Shown piece after piece: positions 40,536 to 50,337 of a stretch of 64,000 bases of DNA; position 1 is the stretch's first letter; each line of letters opens with the position of its first letter. The notes below the pieces were generated by a model, which worked only from the letters and a program-made list of their open reading frames with translations, was not told the origin of the DNA and searched no databases. A program made the position numbers and the translations under genes. The stretch is from Planctomycetota bacterium (GTDB lineage: Bacteria; Planctomycetota; Planctomycetia; Planctomycetales; Planctomycetaceae), in assembly GCA_963582065.1 (NCBI GenBank), contig CAUZRQ010000013.1, positions 910 to 64,909 on the forward strand, given 5' to 3'.

Positions 40536-43500
40536 TCAAGGGGCCGCCTTGGCGGGGACCTCGAGGCCGAGCTTGGCCGGGTGCTTCTTCTGGTTGAGCA
40601 CCCAGCGACGGATAATCTGGTAGCCGGGATCCATCGGCTGGTAGCGCCGCCCGCCCTGGTGTCCGTCTTCCTTGCCGGTCTGGATGTTCAGCGGTTTTCT
40701 CAGCAGCTTGCTCTTCTCGATGTTCCCCAGGTCGACCCGGAACTGCAGCAGGCGGTAATTGGCCAGCAGCTTGTCGACGGGCAGGTAGCCGGCGTCGTCG
40801 GGTGGGTTGAGTGTCAACGGAGGGACTCGGCCGGGCACGCCGTGGCAGGCGAAGCAACTCCGCTGATCGCCCCTCAGCACCTTGTCCATTTCGGGTGTGA
40901 CGTAGTCGCGGAAGAACTGGAAATCGGCGACGAACTCGGCATCGAGTTTCGGCTTGCCGTTCTTGTCGGCGGGTTGTTTGCGGGGCTTCTCGCCGTTGAC
41001 CGCGGCGGTGAGTTCCTTGAGGAAGTTCTTGCGGTTGGTCGAGAGCACGTTGCGGGCGGTCTTGACCACGCTCTTGCGTTTCTCGAATTTCAGCATCGCC
41101 TCCAACGCGTTGAGCACCTCGGGATTGCGTCTCAGCGAAGTCGCCTGGGCCATGGTCACGGCGACAACGCGGGTCCTGGGATCGGCGGTGGCCTTGAGTT
41201 GGTCAAGGAACAACTGCAGTGCCCGCGTGCGGTGTGCCGCGTAGGGGTCGATCGGGGGCAGTTGCCCCTTCTTGACCTGGACTTCGGGCAGCTTGGTCTT
41301 GTGAGTCAGGATCCAGGTGACGCTGGGCAGCCAGAACTGCGCATCGAGCTTGTTCTGGAACGACTTGGGCAGAAAATCGATCGCCATGTCGATGTGCAGG
41401 TCTGGGTTACGGCCCAAGGCGTCGCCGAGGCCGGTGGCCAGGTACCACTCGGCATTCATCTGGCGGCCCAGTTCCTCTCTCTTGGCCGCGTCGGAGTTCT
41501 TCTTGATCTCTTCGGCGGTGACGAACTTGGGGAACCTGGGAGCCAGGTAACCGAGGATCTCGTGTTGCTGGTCCTTGTTCTGGGGGATGACCCATCGGAC
41601 GCGTCCGAAGAGCTTCAGAACGGGGTCGGAGAGTTGCGGTCGGCGGGGCGGTTCGTTGGCCCCGCGACGGATCTGTCGCAGCAGGGGCTCGACCAGTTCG
41701 GGGACCGCGACGAACTTGGCCGACCGCGGATCCGAGACGCTGCTGGCGGCCACGGCTCTCAACGCTTCGGGGCCTTCCAGCGAGTAGGTGATCAGCTGCT
41801 GTTGCAGCGGTTGGTGCGGTACGTTGGCCGCTCCTTCGAGCCCGAGTCTCACCGGCAGCAGCGCTTCACCGGACCGGTCCTTGCTGAGCTTGGGGTCAAC
41901 GATCTTGAGGTAGTTGAGCACGGCGTGTCCGAAGAGGTCACTCGAGCCGGGGGTGATGTAGCCCATTTGTCCGGGCCCGCCGTCGCCGCCGGAGGTGTTG
42001 TAGAAGGTGGCGGCCACTGCGACCAGTCGCCGCGACAACCGCCGGGCCACCGCGGGGTTGTTCTGGATCGCCTTTTCGAGCGTCTGCCGGATTTCACCGA
42101 ACAGCTTCTCGAGCTTGGCGTACTGGTGTTGCGAGCTGCCGTTGGCCTTGTGCCCGTTGGCGATGAACAGCGCGTGGGCCTGGTACCTCATCCCGTTTTC
42201 GGCCAACTCGTTCGGTTCGGGCCGACTCAGCCTTTCGATCCAGGCCCTGTTCAGGGCGGTCCGGACCGGCGGGTTCCAGACCCACCAGTTCCAACTGGCC
42301 CGGGTGGCCCAGGCCCTGACGGCCGGGTGTGAGTCCTCGAGCATCATCGAGCTGATCAGCGAGGTCAGCTGGTCCCAGCCGATGGCGATCCCCGGCATCA
42401 CGCCGTCGACCCGCATCACCAGGGCCCGTGCCAGCGAGGCGCGGGTGCGGTCGTCGGTTGACCCGGCGGCGGCCGCGACTTCCTTCCAGCCCCGGTTGTC
42501 GATCAGCAGTTGGCGAAGCCCCCAGGCGGCGGCCTCGCGGACCGCCTTGACCGGGTCTCCCAGTCCGTCGATCAGTGGTGCGACGCCCCGGTCGGCGGGT
42601 GCAGCGGCGAGTCCGATCATCGCCCAGTAGCGGACCAGCGGACTCTTGTGCCCGGCCAACTTCGACATCAGTGGCACCAGTGCGGGATTCTCGGTCGTCG
42701 ACAACCGCCGCGCCCGCTCGATCGTTTCGGACAACATCTCGTTCTCGCCCGCCGCGAATTCCTCGGCCTTCGGCTCGACCGGCTTGACCGGGAACAGCCG
42801 CGAGAGAGCATGCAGGCTGTAGCTGGTCGAGACGAAACCGGTCTGCGACTTGCCTTTCCAGTAGCCGCTGGCGTGCTGCAGGCCCAGCAGGCCCTCGACT
42901 CCCTTCTTGACCGTTGGATCTTCGGGCGTGAAGCCGGCGGCCTGGAAGGCGATCAGCGCCAGGGCGGTCGGCGAGGGTTCGGGGCCGGTGTTGCCCTCGG
43001 CCTTCCAGGTCTTGCCCCCATCGGAGCTCTTCCCGGGGTTGAAGCCCCAGGTGCCGTTGGCGTTTTGAATCTGCCTGAGCCGTTCGAGGTCGGCAGTGAC
43101 CTGCCTGTCGATCCGCTCGACCAGCTTGGCGGCTTCCTCGGCGGTCGTCCTGTGTCCCTTGTAGGGCACGCGGGAGGTGGCCTTGGGCTGGGTCGTCTCC
43201 TTCTCGGCGACCCTGGCGGCAGCGGCGGGGTAGTCGGCCGGGAAATACCTCTTGAGCAGTTCGACCCGGTGGGCCATGTCGTCGGAGTAGACGGGCTTGA
43301 CCCCCAGCACCTTGCGAGCCTTGTCCTCCAGGCCGCGGAAGTACTTCGGGTCTCCGGTGGCCTTCCAGGCTTCGAACAGGACTTCACCGGCGTAACTGAA
43401 CACGACGCTCTTGCCGACGTTGGCCCCGGGCCCGGCGGCGTTGATGCCACCGGGATCGCCGGACTGGAGGATGAAGTTGGCGGCGCGGATGGCCTGTTTG

Positions 43501-44954
43501 CTCTGCAGGACCCGTGCCGCGCGGAAGCGTTCGATCGAGACCACCGAGTGGCCGGCGACGCGGGTGCCGGCGGGGCCGTCGCCGAGATCGAGTGGAGCCA
43601 GGCTGGTGTTGTTGGCCGCGTCGATCAGCTTGTTGGTCGGCCGCATCGACTGGTAGCAGATGTTGACCAGGTTGCGGAACAGCTGGATGTTGCGGATACG
43701 GTAGCCCTGGGTCAGCGGGATCGCCGGCCCCCACACGCCGCTCTGCGTGTGGCAGCTCATGCACTGTGTTCCCAGCAGATTGCCGGTGTCGCGGATTCGT
43801 CGCTCGACGCTGGCTCCCCTCGGCCGGTTGGCCAACCAGCTGTCGACCTGTCCGACGTGGTCGTAGAGTCCGTGGCGAACCGCCTGCCGGGGATCGCTGA
43901 ACGGGGCGGGACGGACGACTCGCAGGTCGAGTTCGTAACCCGGCGAGTTGCTTTCGACTCTCAGGAAGTAGACCTGGCCGGGCTTCAACGTGCGGTTGAT
44001 CGCGATCCGGTGCTGTTCCTTCTGCTGGTGGACTCGTTCGTTCGAGTTCTTCCCCTCGGTGTACTCGTTGTTCAGGGGCAGCAGGGTTCCCGGGGCGGCG
44101 GTGGCCTGGCCGACCGGAATCGCGTAGCAGCGGATTCTCGCGGCGGCCAACTGGTCGGGAATCGACAGGCAGGCGGTCAGCAGCCTCGGCTGGTCGCCGG
44201 GAAACTCGAGCCGAAACCAGTCATCACCGCTGCTGCCGACCCGGCTGTTGTCGTAGTACTCGATGTCGTCGGACCCGCCGACGACTCGCAGCGAGTAGTC
44301 CTCGGTAACCTTTTTCAACGCCAGCGGCTGAGCCTGTTCGGGGGTGTCGTTGGGTTCGGCCTCGATGAACAGCCGATCGCCGGCGGGCCGGGTGTCGATG
44401 TCGCGGATCTCGATGGTCACCCCGACGGTGTGATCGGCCGGCCATGCCACTTTCCGAGCCGCCGGCCGACTCAACGGCGCCTGCCCCGTCTCCCGCCAGC
44501 GGCCCCCCTCGAACAGGGTCACCGCGTTCTGTTCGGTCGAGACTTCCAGTCGGTAGGTTCCGGCGATCGGTGCGCGGTAGACGGTGAACACGTCGGGATC
44601 GAGTGCGTGAAGGAGTTTCGACCAGTCGGGGGTGGGTTCGGTGTAGATTCCCTGCGCGTTCTTCTTGCGGCCGGGTTTCTTCGCGGGGTCTTGCGTGAGT
44701 TGTCGGGGGGTGTCGGGCTTGATGAGTCTCCAGGTGGCCTTGAGTCGGCCGTTGGCCGGCAGGGCCGAGGGCTTGTCGACTCGGACGCTGATGGTGACGG
44801 TCTGGCCCGAGTCCAGGTGCACACCCTGGCCCAGCGTGCCGGGTACCCGCGCTGTTTGCTCGATGTCCTTGCCGTCGGCGGTGGTGGCCAGTGCGACGAC
44901 GAGCGCGAGGGCGGCAATTGGAGGAGCCGGGGAGCGGGGGAATCGGGTGGACAT
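40536..44954 (-). CDS. Giant secreted multidomain protein with two CxxCH haem-binding motifs (PPC-like, toroid-repeat-like, HEAT-like and PSCyt-like modules)
   Basis: Start placed at Met 44954 (MSTRFPRSPAPPIAALALVVALATTADG signal peptide), codon 216 of track ORF 40536..45599. EPNDTPEQA PPC-like motif. CMSCH and CFACH motifs. The C-terminal LLRKP...HQGGRRY...IIRRWVL motif is shared with the DUF1549 protein at 57145. Confidence 0.75.
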   Translation of the reverse strand: MSTRFPRSPAPPIAALALVVALATTADGKDIEQTARVPGTLGQGVHLDSGQTVTISVRVDKPSALPANGRLKATWRLIKPDTPRQLTQDPAKKPGRKKNAQGIYTEPTPDWSKLLHALDPDVFTVYRAPIAGTYRLEVSTEQNAVTLFEGGRWRETGQAPLSRPAARKVAWPADHTVGVTIEIRDIDTRPAGDRLFIEAEPNDTPEQAQPLALKKVTEDYSLRVVGGSDDIEYYDNSRVGSSGDDWFRLEFPGDQPRLLTACLSIPDQLAAARIRCYAIPVGQATAAPGTLLPLNNEYTEGKNSNERVHQQKEQHRIAINRTLKPGQVYFLRVESNSPGYELDLRVVRPAPFSDPRQAVRHGLYDHVGQVDSWLANRPRGASVERRIRDTGNLLGTQCMSCHTQSGVWGPAIPLTQGYRIRNIQLFRNLVNICYQSMRPTNKLIDAANNTSLAPLDLGDGPAGTRVAGHSVVSIERFRAARVLQSKQAIRAANFILQSGDPGGINAAGPGANVGKSVVFSYAGEVLFEAWKATGDPKYFRGLEDKARKVLGVKPVYSDDMAHRVELLKRYFPADYPAAAARVAEKETTQPKATSRVPYKGHRTTAEEAAKLVERIDRQVTADLERLRQIQNANGTWGFNPGKSSDGGKTWKAEGNTGPEPSPTALALIAFQAAGFTPEDPTVKKGVEGLLGLQHASGYWKGKSQTGFVSTSYSLHALSRLFPVKPVEPKAEEFAAGENEMLSETIERARRLSTTENPALVPLMSKLAGHKSPLVRYWAMIGLAAAPADRGVAPLIDGLGDPVKAVREAAAWGLRQLLIDNRGWKEVAAAAGSTDDRTRASLARALVMRVDGVMPGIAIGWDQLTSLISSMMLEDSHPAVRAWATRASWNWWVWNPPVRTALNRAWIERLSRPEPNELAENGMRYQAHALFIANGHKANGSSQHQYAKLEKLFGEIRQTLEKAIQNNPAVARRLSRRLVAVAATFYNTSGGDGGPGQMGYITPGSSDLFGHAVLNYLKIVDPKLSKDRSGEALLPVRLGLEGAANVPHQPLQQQLITYSLEGPEALRAVAASSVSDPRSAKFVAVPELVEPLLRQIRRGANEPPRRPQLSDPVLKLFGRVRWVIPQNKDQQHEILGYLAPRFPKFVTAEEIKKNSDAAKREELGRQMNAEWYLATGLGDALGRNPDLHIDMAIDFLPKSFQNKLDAQFWLPSVTWILTHKTKLPEVQVKKGQLPPIDPYAAHRTRALQLFLDQLKATADPRTRVVAVTMAQATSLRRNPEVLNALEAMLKFEKRKSVVKTARNVLSTNRKNFLKELTAAVNGEKPRKQPADKNGKPKLDAEFVADFQFFRDYVTPEMDKVLRGDQRSCFACHGVPGRVPPLTLNPPDDAGYLPVDKLLANYRLLQFRVDLGNIEKSKLLRKPLNIQTGKEDGHQGGRRYQPMDPGYQIIRRWVLNQKKHPAKLGLEVPAKAAP

Positions 44955-45110
44955 GGTGGCCCCGGGGGATCGGATTTGTCTGGAAGCGGTTCGCGAAGCT
45001 CTATTGTGTCTCGTGATGGGGAGCCAGTTCAAGGCGAGCCGAAACGGCAAATCAAAGCGGGGATCGATCGGCCGATTGCTACACTGGTGTGTTTTCCGAG
45101 CGAGGCTGCG

Positions 45111-46340
45111 ATGCGGAATCTGAATGGACTGCTGGTGGTCGTGGCTGTGATGGGGGTGGCCGAAGCGGCCGACTGGCCACAGTGGCGTGGTCCGGCTCGG
45201 GACGGTGTCGCCGAGGCGTCGGGTTTGCCGTCGAAGTGGCCAAGCACTCTGAAATCCGCCTGGCGGATCAAGGTCGGCGAAGGACACTCGTCGCCGGTCG
45301 TGCGATCGGGACGAGTCTACCTGCTGACCAGGCAGGGGGAGCACGAGGTGGTCCGGGGATTCGATCTGGAGTCGGGTCGCGAGTTGTGGAAAAGCGACTA
45401 CAAGGCGGCGTACAAGCTCCAGTCGGTTGCACGGGATCATGGTCGCGGACCCAAGGCGACTCCGGTGATTGCCGGAAAGCGGTTGGTCACCTTTGGCATC
45501 AGCGGGATCCTCTCCTGCTGGGACACCGCCACGGGACACAAGGTGTGGTCTCGCGATTTTGCCGGTCAGCACCGGGAAACCGTGCCGCTGTACGGTCACG
45601 CCGCCTCACCGATCGTCGTTGACGGGAAGGTGATCGTGCACGTCGGCGGCCACGATGACGGGGCATTGACCGCGTTGGATGTGACCAGCGGCAGAACCGC
45701 CTGGCGATGGACCGAGGACGGCCCGGCATACGCCTCGCCGGTCCTGTTGACGGTCGGCGGCAGGCGGCACCTGGTCGCCCAGTCCCAGAAGTTTCACCTG
45801 GGCGTCGATCCGGCCAGCGGAGAGGTGCTGTGGCGCGTGCCGTTCACCACCCAGTTCGACCAGAACAGTGTCACCCCACTGGTGGCCGGCGGACGTGTGA
45901 TCCTGGCCGGTTACAACCAGCCGACGGTGGCGCTGGAGGTGACTGCCCGGGGTGGCCGGTTGCGGACCGATCGGGTATGGAAGAACCGCGAGATCGCGAT
46001 GTACATGAGCAGCCCGGTGATGGCCGGGGGACGATTGTTCGGGATGTCTCATCAGCGTCGGGGACAGCTCTATTGTGCCGATCCGGCCAGCGGAAAGGTC
46101 GCCTGGGCCACACGGGGCCGGCTGGCTGAAAATGCGGCACTGATCGTCGCCGGGGACGTGTTGATGGTTCAGACGAGCGGTGGTGAACTGCTGGTGGTGG
46201 CGGTCGACAGGACGAGATACCGGGAACTGGCGCGATACCGGCTGTCGGAATCAGCGACCTGGGCTCATCCCGCGCTGGTGGGGTCGAAACTGCTGGTCAA
46301 GGACCGGGATCACCTGTTGGTGTTCGACCTGGCCGGCTGA
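45111..46340 (+). CDS. PQQ-like beta-propeller repeat protein (BamB-like), secreted
   Basis: ATG at 45111 is in frame with track ORF 42510..46340. Signal peptide followed by ADWPQWRGPARDG, then repeated propeller blades. The upstream 867 codons of the track ORF are antisense to the giant gene. Confidence 0.8.
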   Translation: MRNLNGLLVVVAVMGVAEAADWPQWRGPARDGVAEASGLPSKWPSTLKSAWRIKVGEGHSSPVVRSGRVYLLTRQGEHEVVRGFDLESGRELWKSDYKAAYKLQSVARDHGRGPKATPVIAGKRLVTFGISGILSCWDTATGHKVWSRDFAGQHRETVPLYGHAASPIVVDGKVIVHVGGHDDGALTALDVTSGRTAWRWTEDGPAYASPVLLTVGGRRHLVAQSQKFHLGVDPASGEVLWRVPFTTQFDQNSVTPLVAGGRVILAGYNQPTVALEVTARGGRLRTDRVWKNREIAMYMSSPVMAGGRLFGMSHQRRGQLYCADPASGKVAWATRGRLAENAALIVAGDVLMVQTSGGELLVVAVDRTRYRELARYRLSESATWAHPALVGSKLLVKDRDHLLVFDLAG

Positions 46341-46383
46341 CCTCCGGCGGCCCGTTCCGCTGCGGTTGCCGTGTCCGTCGCTC

Positions 46384-46926
46384 CTAGAACTCGAACAGCG
46401 ATTGCGTCTTCACGACCGCCCCATTTTCGGGGAAGGTGTGGAAGGCATTGACCAGCAGGCTGTCGGGCCAGCTGTCGGTGGTGATCAGCGACAGCGGTGC
46501 CGGATCGAAACGACCGACGGTGGGGAAGGTGAAGGCGACCGCGGCCGTACGGCTGTCGCAGATCAGTTCCTGGTGCACGTTCAGGAACACCTCGGGATCG
46601 AGTTGTTCCAGCTGGTAGCTGGCGTGGTACTTGACCCCGCTGTCGAAGTTGATCGACTCGTGCTGGCTGCCACGGATACGGTCTTCGAGCAGCTGGCAGG
46701 TCTGGGGCAGGAGGTGTTCTCGAGCCGAAGTCACCTCGGTGACTGTCTCACCTCGGACCCGCAGCGACACCACGTGGCCGGCATCACAGAGTTTCAGAGA
46801 TGCCGAGTAGTCGTCCTGCCAGATCTCGGCTTCGGCTCGCACATCGAGCAACTCGGGGTGCACCGACCGGCCGAACAGGTGAAACACCAGTTCGCGTGCG
46901 TCGGGGCGGACCGAGGAGAGCGACAT
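46384..46926 (-). CDS. Conserved hypothetical protein (possibly DUF2617 family)
   Basis: 180-aa ORF with balanced composition. The family assignment is from memory of the C-terminal FHTFPE...V.TQS motif only. Confidence 0.5.
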   Translation of the reverse strand: MSLSSVRPDARELVFHLFGRSVHPELLDVRAEAEIWQDDYSASLKLCDAGHVVSLRVRGETVTEVTSAREHLLPQTCQLLEDRIRGSQHESINFDSGVKYHASYQLEQLDPEVFLNVHQELICDSRTAAVAFTFPTVGRFDPAPLSLITTDSWPDSLLVNAFHTFPENGAVVKTQSLFEF

Positions 46927-47025
46927 GATGTGCAGTGCGGAGTGGCTGAGTTCTTTGGCTGATGTGACCGCGTAGGATTGTACCGCCGTGCCGGACCCCT
47001 TTCTACCGGGCCGGTCGGCTTCGCT

Positions 47026-47583
47026 CTATCCGCTCGCCGCCGCTTCCATCTCGAGCAGCTGCCGCTTCAACTGGGTTCCCTGGGGTGCGGAGAACCCCCC
47101 GAGTCGTCCCGAGGCGGCAATGACGCGGTGGCAGGGAACCAGGATCGGGAGGGGGTTGTTGGCCATCGCGCTGCCCACAGCCCGGGCGGCACCCGGTCGT
47201 CCGATCTTTCGGGCGACCTCGCCGTAGCTGGTCGTTCGGCCGTAGCCGACCTGGCGGACGTGCTTCATCACCAGGAACCGAAAACGGGTCAGGGGCGGGA
47301 GGGCCAGCTCGACGTCGTCGAAGTCGGTCGGCTGTCCCGCCGCGAAATCCTCGAGACGAGATCTCAGCTCCGGATTCCAGTCCGATTCTCGGGCCGAAGC
47401 GGATCCGATTCGCCGTCTGATCGAGGATGCCGAGGGGTAGCCAATCTCGACACCGTGGACCGATTGTCCGTCACCGAGCAGCCCGAACCAGCCCAGCGAC
47501 GTGGGGAAGACCGACAGCAGCAGAGTGGTTTGATCGTCGTTCATGAGCACCGGACGCGTGGTCTCGGGGTCTTTGACCGTCAC
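47026..47583 (-). CDS. ogt: Methylated-DNA-protein-cysteine methyltransferase
   Basis: Active-site VPCHRVI and SYGEVARKIGRPGAARAVGSAMANNP helix-turn-helix region. Confidence 0.9.
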   Translation of the reverse strand: MTVKDPETTRPVLMNDDQTTLLLSVFPTSLGWFGLLGDGQSVHGVEIGYPSASSIRRRIGSASARESDWNPELRSRLEDFAAGQPTDFDDVELALPPLTRFRFLVMKHVRQVGYGRTTSYGEVARKIGRPGAARAVGSAMANNPLPILVPCHRVIAASGRLGGFSAPQGTQLKRQLLEMEAAASG

Positions 47584-47688
47584 CGCGACGGGCTATACAA
47601 TAGAGGTCTTGCGGCCTGCAAACACCTCCACCGGGATGCTGATCTGCGACCCCGGCTGCGGTTCCCTCCTTGGAGGCTTCTCTCGATC

Positions 47689-48432
47689 ATGAACGCCTAC
47701 AGTTCGCTGGCGGACGACTACTACAGCAACATGAACCTGAACACCGAGATGGCTCTCCCGAACAACCGGGAGACGGTGCTCGGGTTCCTGGAGCGGGTCC
47801 AGAAGACGTACCCGACGATGCGGAACTTCTACACCCGCGACAACGGCGATTTCGTTCTCGAAGAGGACAAGGACCAGGGACAGCAGCGGTGGTTGTCGAT
47901 CGAACCACGGCGGATCAACAGCGGGCATGTCAATCCCGACGATCTTGACGCGTCACTCGAACAGCACCTGCTGGTGCTCCAGCAGGTGCCCTACATGTTG
48001 TCGGTCAGCCCGTTGGACTGTGAGGCGCTCGATTACATGATGGGTTTCGACTTTGCCTACAGCGGGAACCACGACGCGCTGGTGGCCGAGGCGCTGGGGA
48101 CGCTGCCCGCGTTGGAGGGAATGATGGAGATGACCGGATCGGAAGTGCTCAACTACGAACCGGCCATCACGTTGAGTCTCGACGAGACCTGCCGCCGCCA
48201 GGCACGGTTGATGATCGAGACCCGGACCAATGCCTACCAGGTTCGGAGAGGAGATTATCCCGAGGAGCTGATCAGCGTGTATTTCACCGTGCGGCAGTAC
48301 GGGAGCCTGGAAGCCGATGCCTCGTTCGAAGAGACGCTCGTGGCGTTGCGAATCCAGTGTGAGGAGTTGCTCGATGCGTTCGTGATCGAGCAGATATTGC
48401 GTCCATTGGCCCAGACGATTGCGACGAAGTGA
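47689..48432 (+). CDS. Hypothetical protein, 247 aa
   Basis: GGAGG lies about 12 nt upstream of ATG 47689, which is in frame with track ORF 46978..48432. Normal composition and no recognisable motif. Its stop overlaps the GTG of the aminotransferase ORF. Confidence 0.6.
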   Translation: MNAYSSLADDYYSNMNLNTEMALPNNRETVLGFLERVQKTYPTMRNFYTRDNGDFVLEEDKDQGQQRWLSIEPRRINSGHVNPDDLDASLEQHLLVLQQVPYMLSVSPLDCEALDYMMGFDFAYSGNHDALVAEALGTLPALEGMMEMTGSEVLNYEPAITLSLDETCRRQARLMIETRTNAYQVRRGDYPEELISVYFTVRQYGSLEADASFEETLVALRIQCEELLDAFVIEQILRPLAQTIATK

Positions 48433-49754
48433 CCCCGCGGGATGGTCCTGGGGGGCGAGTGGATCCACTGGAGGGAGACGTCGACGTGGCCGTTCCGCTT
48501 AGCGAGTTTGCCCAAACCCTGTCCGTTGAAACCGCGTTCACCGTGTTGGCGGTGGCCAAGCAGCTGAAGGCTGCCGGGAAGGATGTCGTCGAACTTGAGA
48601 TCGGCGACAGCCCGTTCGACAGCACCGCCTCGGCCAAGTCAGCCGGAGTGGTCGCGATCGAGGACAACCAGTCTCACTACTGTCCCTCGCCGGGGATTCC
48701 CGTGTTCCGGGAGGCGGCCGCGAAATTCGTCTCCGACGAGTTCAACATCCCTGCGGCGGCCGAAAACGTCGTGGCCGGACCGGGAGCGAAGGTCTTCGAG
48801 CAATTCTTCTGCGAGGCCTTTCTCGACCCGGGTGACGGTGTGCTGGTCTTCAGCCCGTTCTTTCCGACCTACATTCCCAACATCGAGCGACGCGGTGCCC
48901 GCGCGGTGTTGACCCCGCTGAGACAGTCCAACGGTTTCCGGCCCGAGGTGTCCGCGATCGAGCAGTTCCTGGCCGACGACCCTCAACCCAAGGCCATTTT
49001 TCTCAACTCACCCCAGAACCCCACCGGGGGTGTGACGACTGAAGAGGACCTGGTGGCGATCGCTGACCTGGTCCGCGGCAAGGAGATCGCGGTTTTCTCC
49101 GATGAGCCCTACTGCCACATGGTCTGGGAGGGGCGGCACCACTCGTTGCTGGAACAACCAGGCATGATGGACCAGTGCGTGGCGGCCTACACTTTCAGCA
49201 AGTCGTACAGCATGAGCGGCTGGCGACTGGGATTCGCGGTCACTTCCGAACGTATCGCCGACTCGATCGGCAAGATGATCAACACCTCGCTGTCGTGCAC
49301 GCCGCCGTTGGTCCAGCTGGCCGGTGTCGCGGCGCTGGGCAACGATCACCAGGAGCGGGACCGGGTGATGGGTGAGTTCCGTGACAAGGTCGTCCTGTTG
49401 ACCGACGGCCTCAACGCCATCGACGGCATCCATTCGCTGGATCCGACCGCCACCTTCTACGTCTTTCCCAACGTGATGCCCGTCTGCAACCGGCTGGGGA
49501 TCCAGAGTCACGGGTTGGCCCTGTACCTGTTGCAGGGAGCCGACGACGAATTCGGGATTGCCTGCCTGGGGGGCGAGTGCTTCGGCGAGGCGGGGGCGGG
49601 GTTCTTGAGGTTCAGCTGTGCCGAGCCCAACGACCGTTTGCAGCAGGCGCTGGACTTTCTGCCCGAGGCGTTTTCGAGAACCGACCGGATCGCGGCCTAT
49701 CTCGAGAGTCACCCCGAGTTCCGGCTGGAGACGCCGTACCAGGTCGAGGGGTAG
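48429..49754 (+). CDS. Pyridoxal-phosphate-dependent aminotransferase, class I/II
   Basis: SKSYSMSGWRLGF PLP-lysine motif, NPQNPTG, and overall AspAT-like layout. The start is ambiguous: GTG 48429 (GTGA overlap) or GTG 48486 preceded by GGAGGGA. Confidence 0.85.
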   Translation: MTPRDGPGGRVDPLEGDVDVAVPLSEFAQTLSVETAFTVLAVAKQLKAAGKDVVELEIGDSPFDSTASAKSAGVVAIEDNQSHYCPSPGIPVFREAAAKFVSDEFNIPAAAENVVAGPGAKVFEQFFCEAFLDPGDGVLVFSPFFPTYIPNIERRGARAVLTPLRQSNGFRPEVSAIEQFLADDPQPKAIFLNSPQNPTGGVTTEEDLVAIADLVRGKEIAVFSDEPYCHMVWEGRHHSLLEQPGMMDQCVAAYTFSKSYSMSGWRLGFAVTSERIADSIGKMINTSLSCTPPLVQLAGVAALGNDHQERDRVMGEFRDKVVLLTDGLNAIDGIHSLDPTATFYVFPNVMPVCNRLGIQSHGLALYLLQGADDEFGIACLGGECFGEAGAGFLRFSCAEPNDRLQQALDFLPEAFSRTDRIAAYLESHPEFRLETPYQVEG

Positions 49755-49790
49755 TCGGTCGGGCCACGCGTCGACGGGAGGGGGTGGGCG

Positions 49791-50243
49791 ATGTCGAGCA
49801 ACTCTCACCCGGGTCCTGCACCGCGGCTGGTCGTGCCGGTGCGGCTGGTCCTGGTCGGTTACTGGGTGTCGATGTGCGTGGCGACCCACATCCCCAATCC
49901 GCTCGACGTCGTTCCGGCCCAGGTCAGCGACACCTGGTTGCACCTGACGGCCTATCTCGGTCTGGCGGTGCTGCTGGTCCAGAGCGTTGCCGTTGGCCGG
50001 CCGGTGCATCGCCGCGACGCGATCCGGCTGTGGGGGCTGGCGGCTGTCTACGGAGCCCTCGACGAAGTGACCCAGTTGATCCCGGTGCTGCACCGCACGG
50101 CCGAGTGGAAGGACTGGGCCGCCGATGTGGCCGGCGCGGCAGTCGGGGTGCTGGTGGGAATGCTCGTGGCCCGGGCCTGGGCGGGCCAGGGGGGCGGAGG
50201 ACCGGAATCAGCAACCGGTGCCTCGGTCGATCCGGATCGGTGA
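49791..50243 (+). CDS. VanZ-family membrane protein
   Basis: HLTAYLGLAVLL, GALDEVTQL and WKDWAADVAGAAVG motifs in a 4-TM, 150-aa protein. Confidence 0.7.
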   Translation: MSSNSHPGPAPRLVVPVRLVLVGYWVSMCVATHIPNPLDVVPAQVSDTWLHLTAYLGLAVLLVQSVAVGRPVHRRDAIRLWGLAAVYGALDEVTQLIPVLHRTAEWKDWAADVAGAAVGVLVGMLVARAWAGQGGGGPESATGASVDPDR

Positions 50244-50337
50244 TGCCCATGCCCGCTCCTCGCCGGTGTTGCCAGTGTGGTATTCGAGATCCGGATCCCG
50301 AACCGGTAAGGTAGGGTTTTGCCGGACCGGTCCTTTG

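Noticed and set aside
42510-45110. The first 867 codons of the 1276-aa plus-strand ORF 42510..46340
   Set aside because: These codons are antisense to the giant secreted-protein gene. Only the last 409 codons, from ATG 45111 with a signal peptide, resemble a real (PQQ-like propeller) protein.
44955-45599. The N-terminal 215 codons of the 1687-aa minus-strand ORF
   Set aside because: This stretch has no signal or domain features, is rich in Arg/His/Pro, and overlaps the divergent PQQ-like propeller gene's 5' end and promoter spacer. A clean signal peptide starts at Met 44954.
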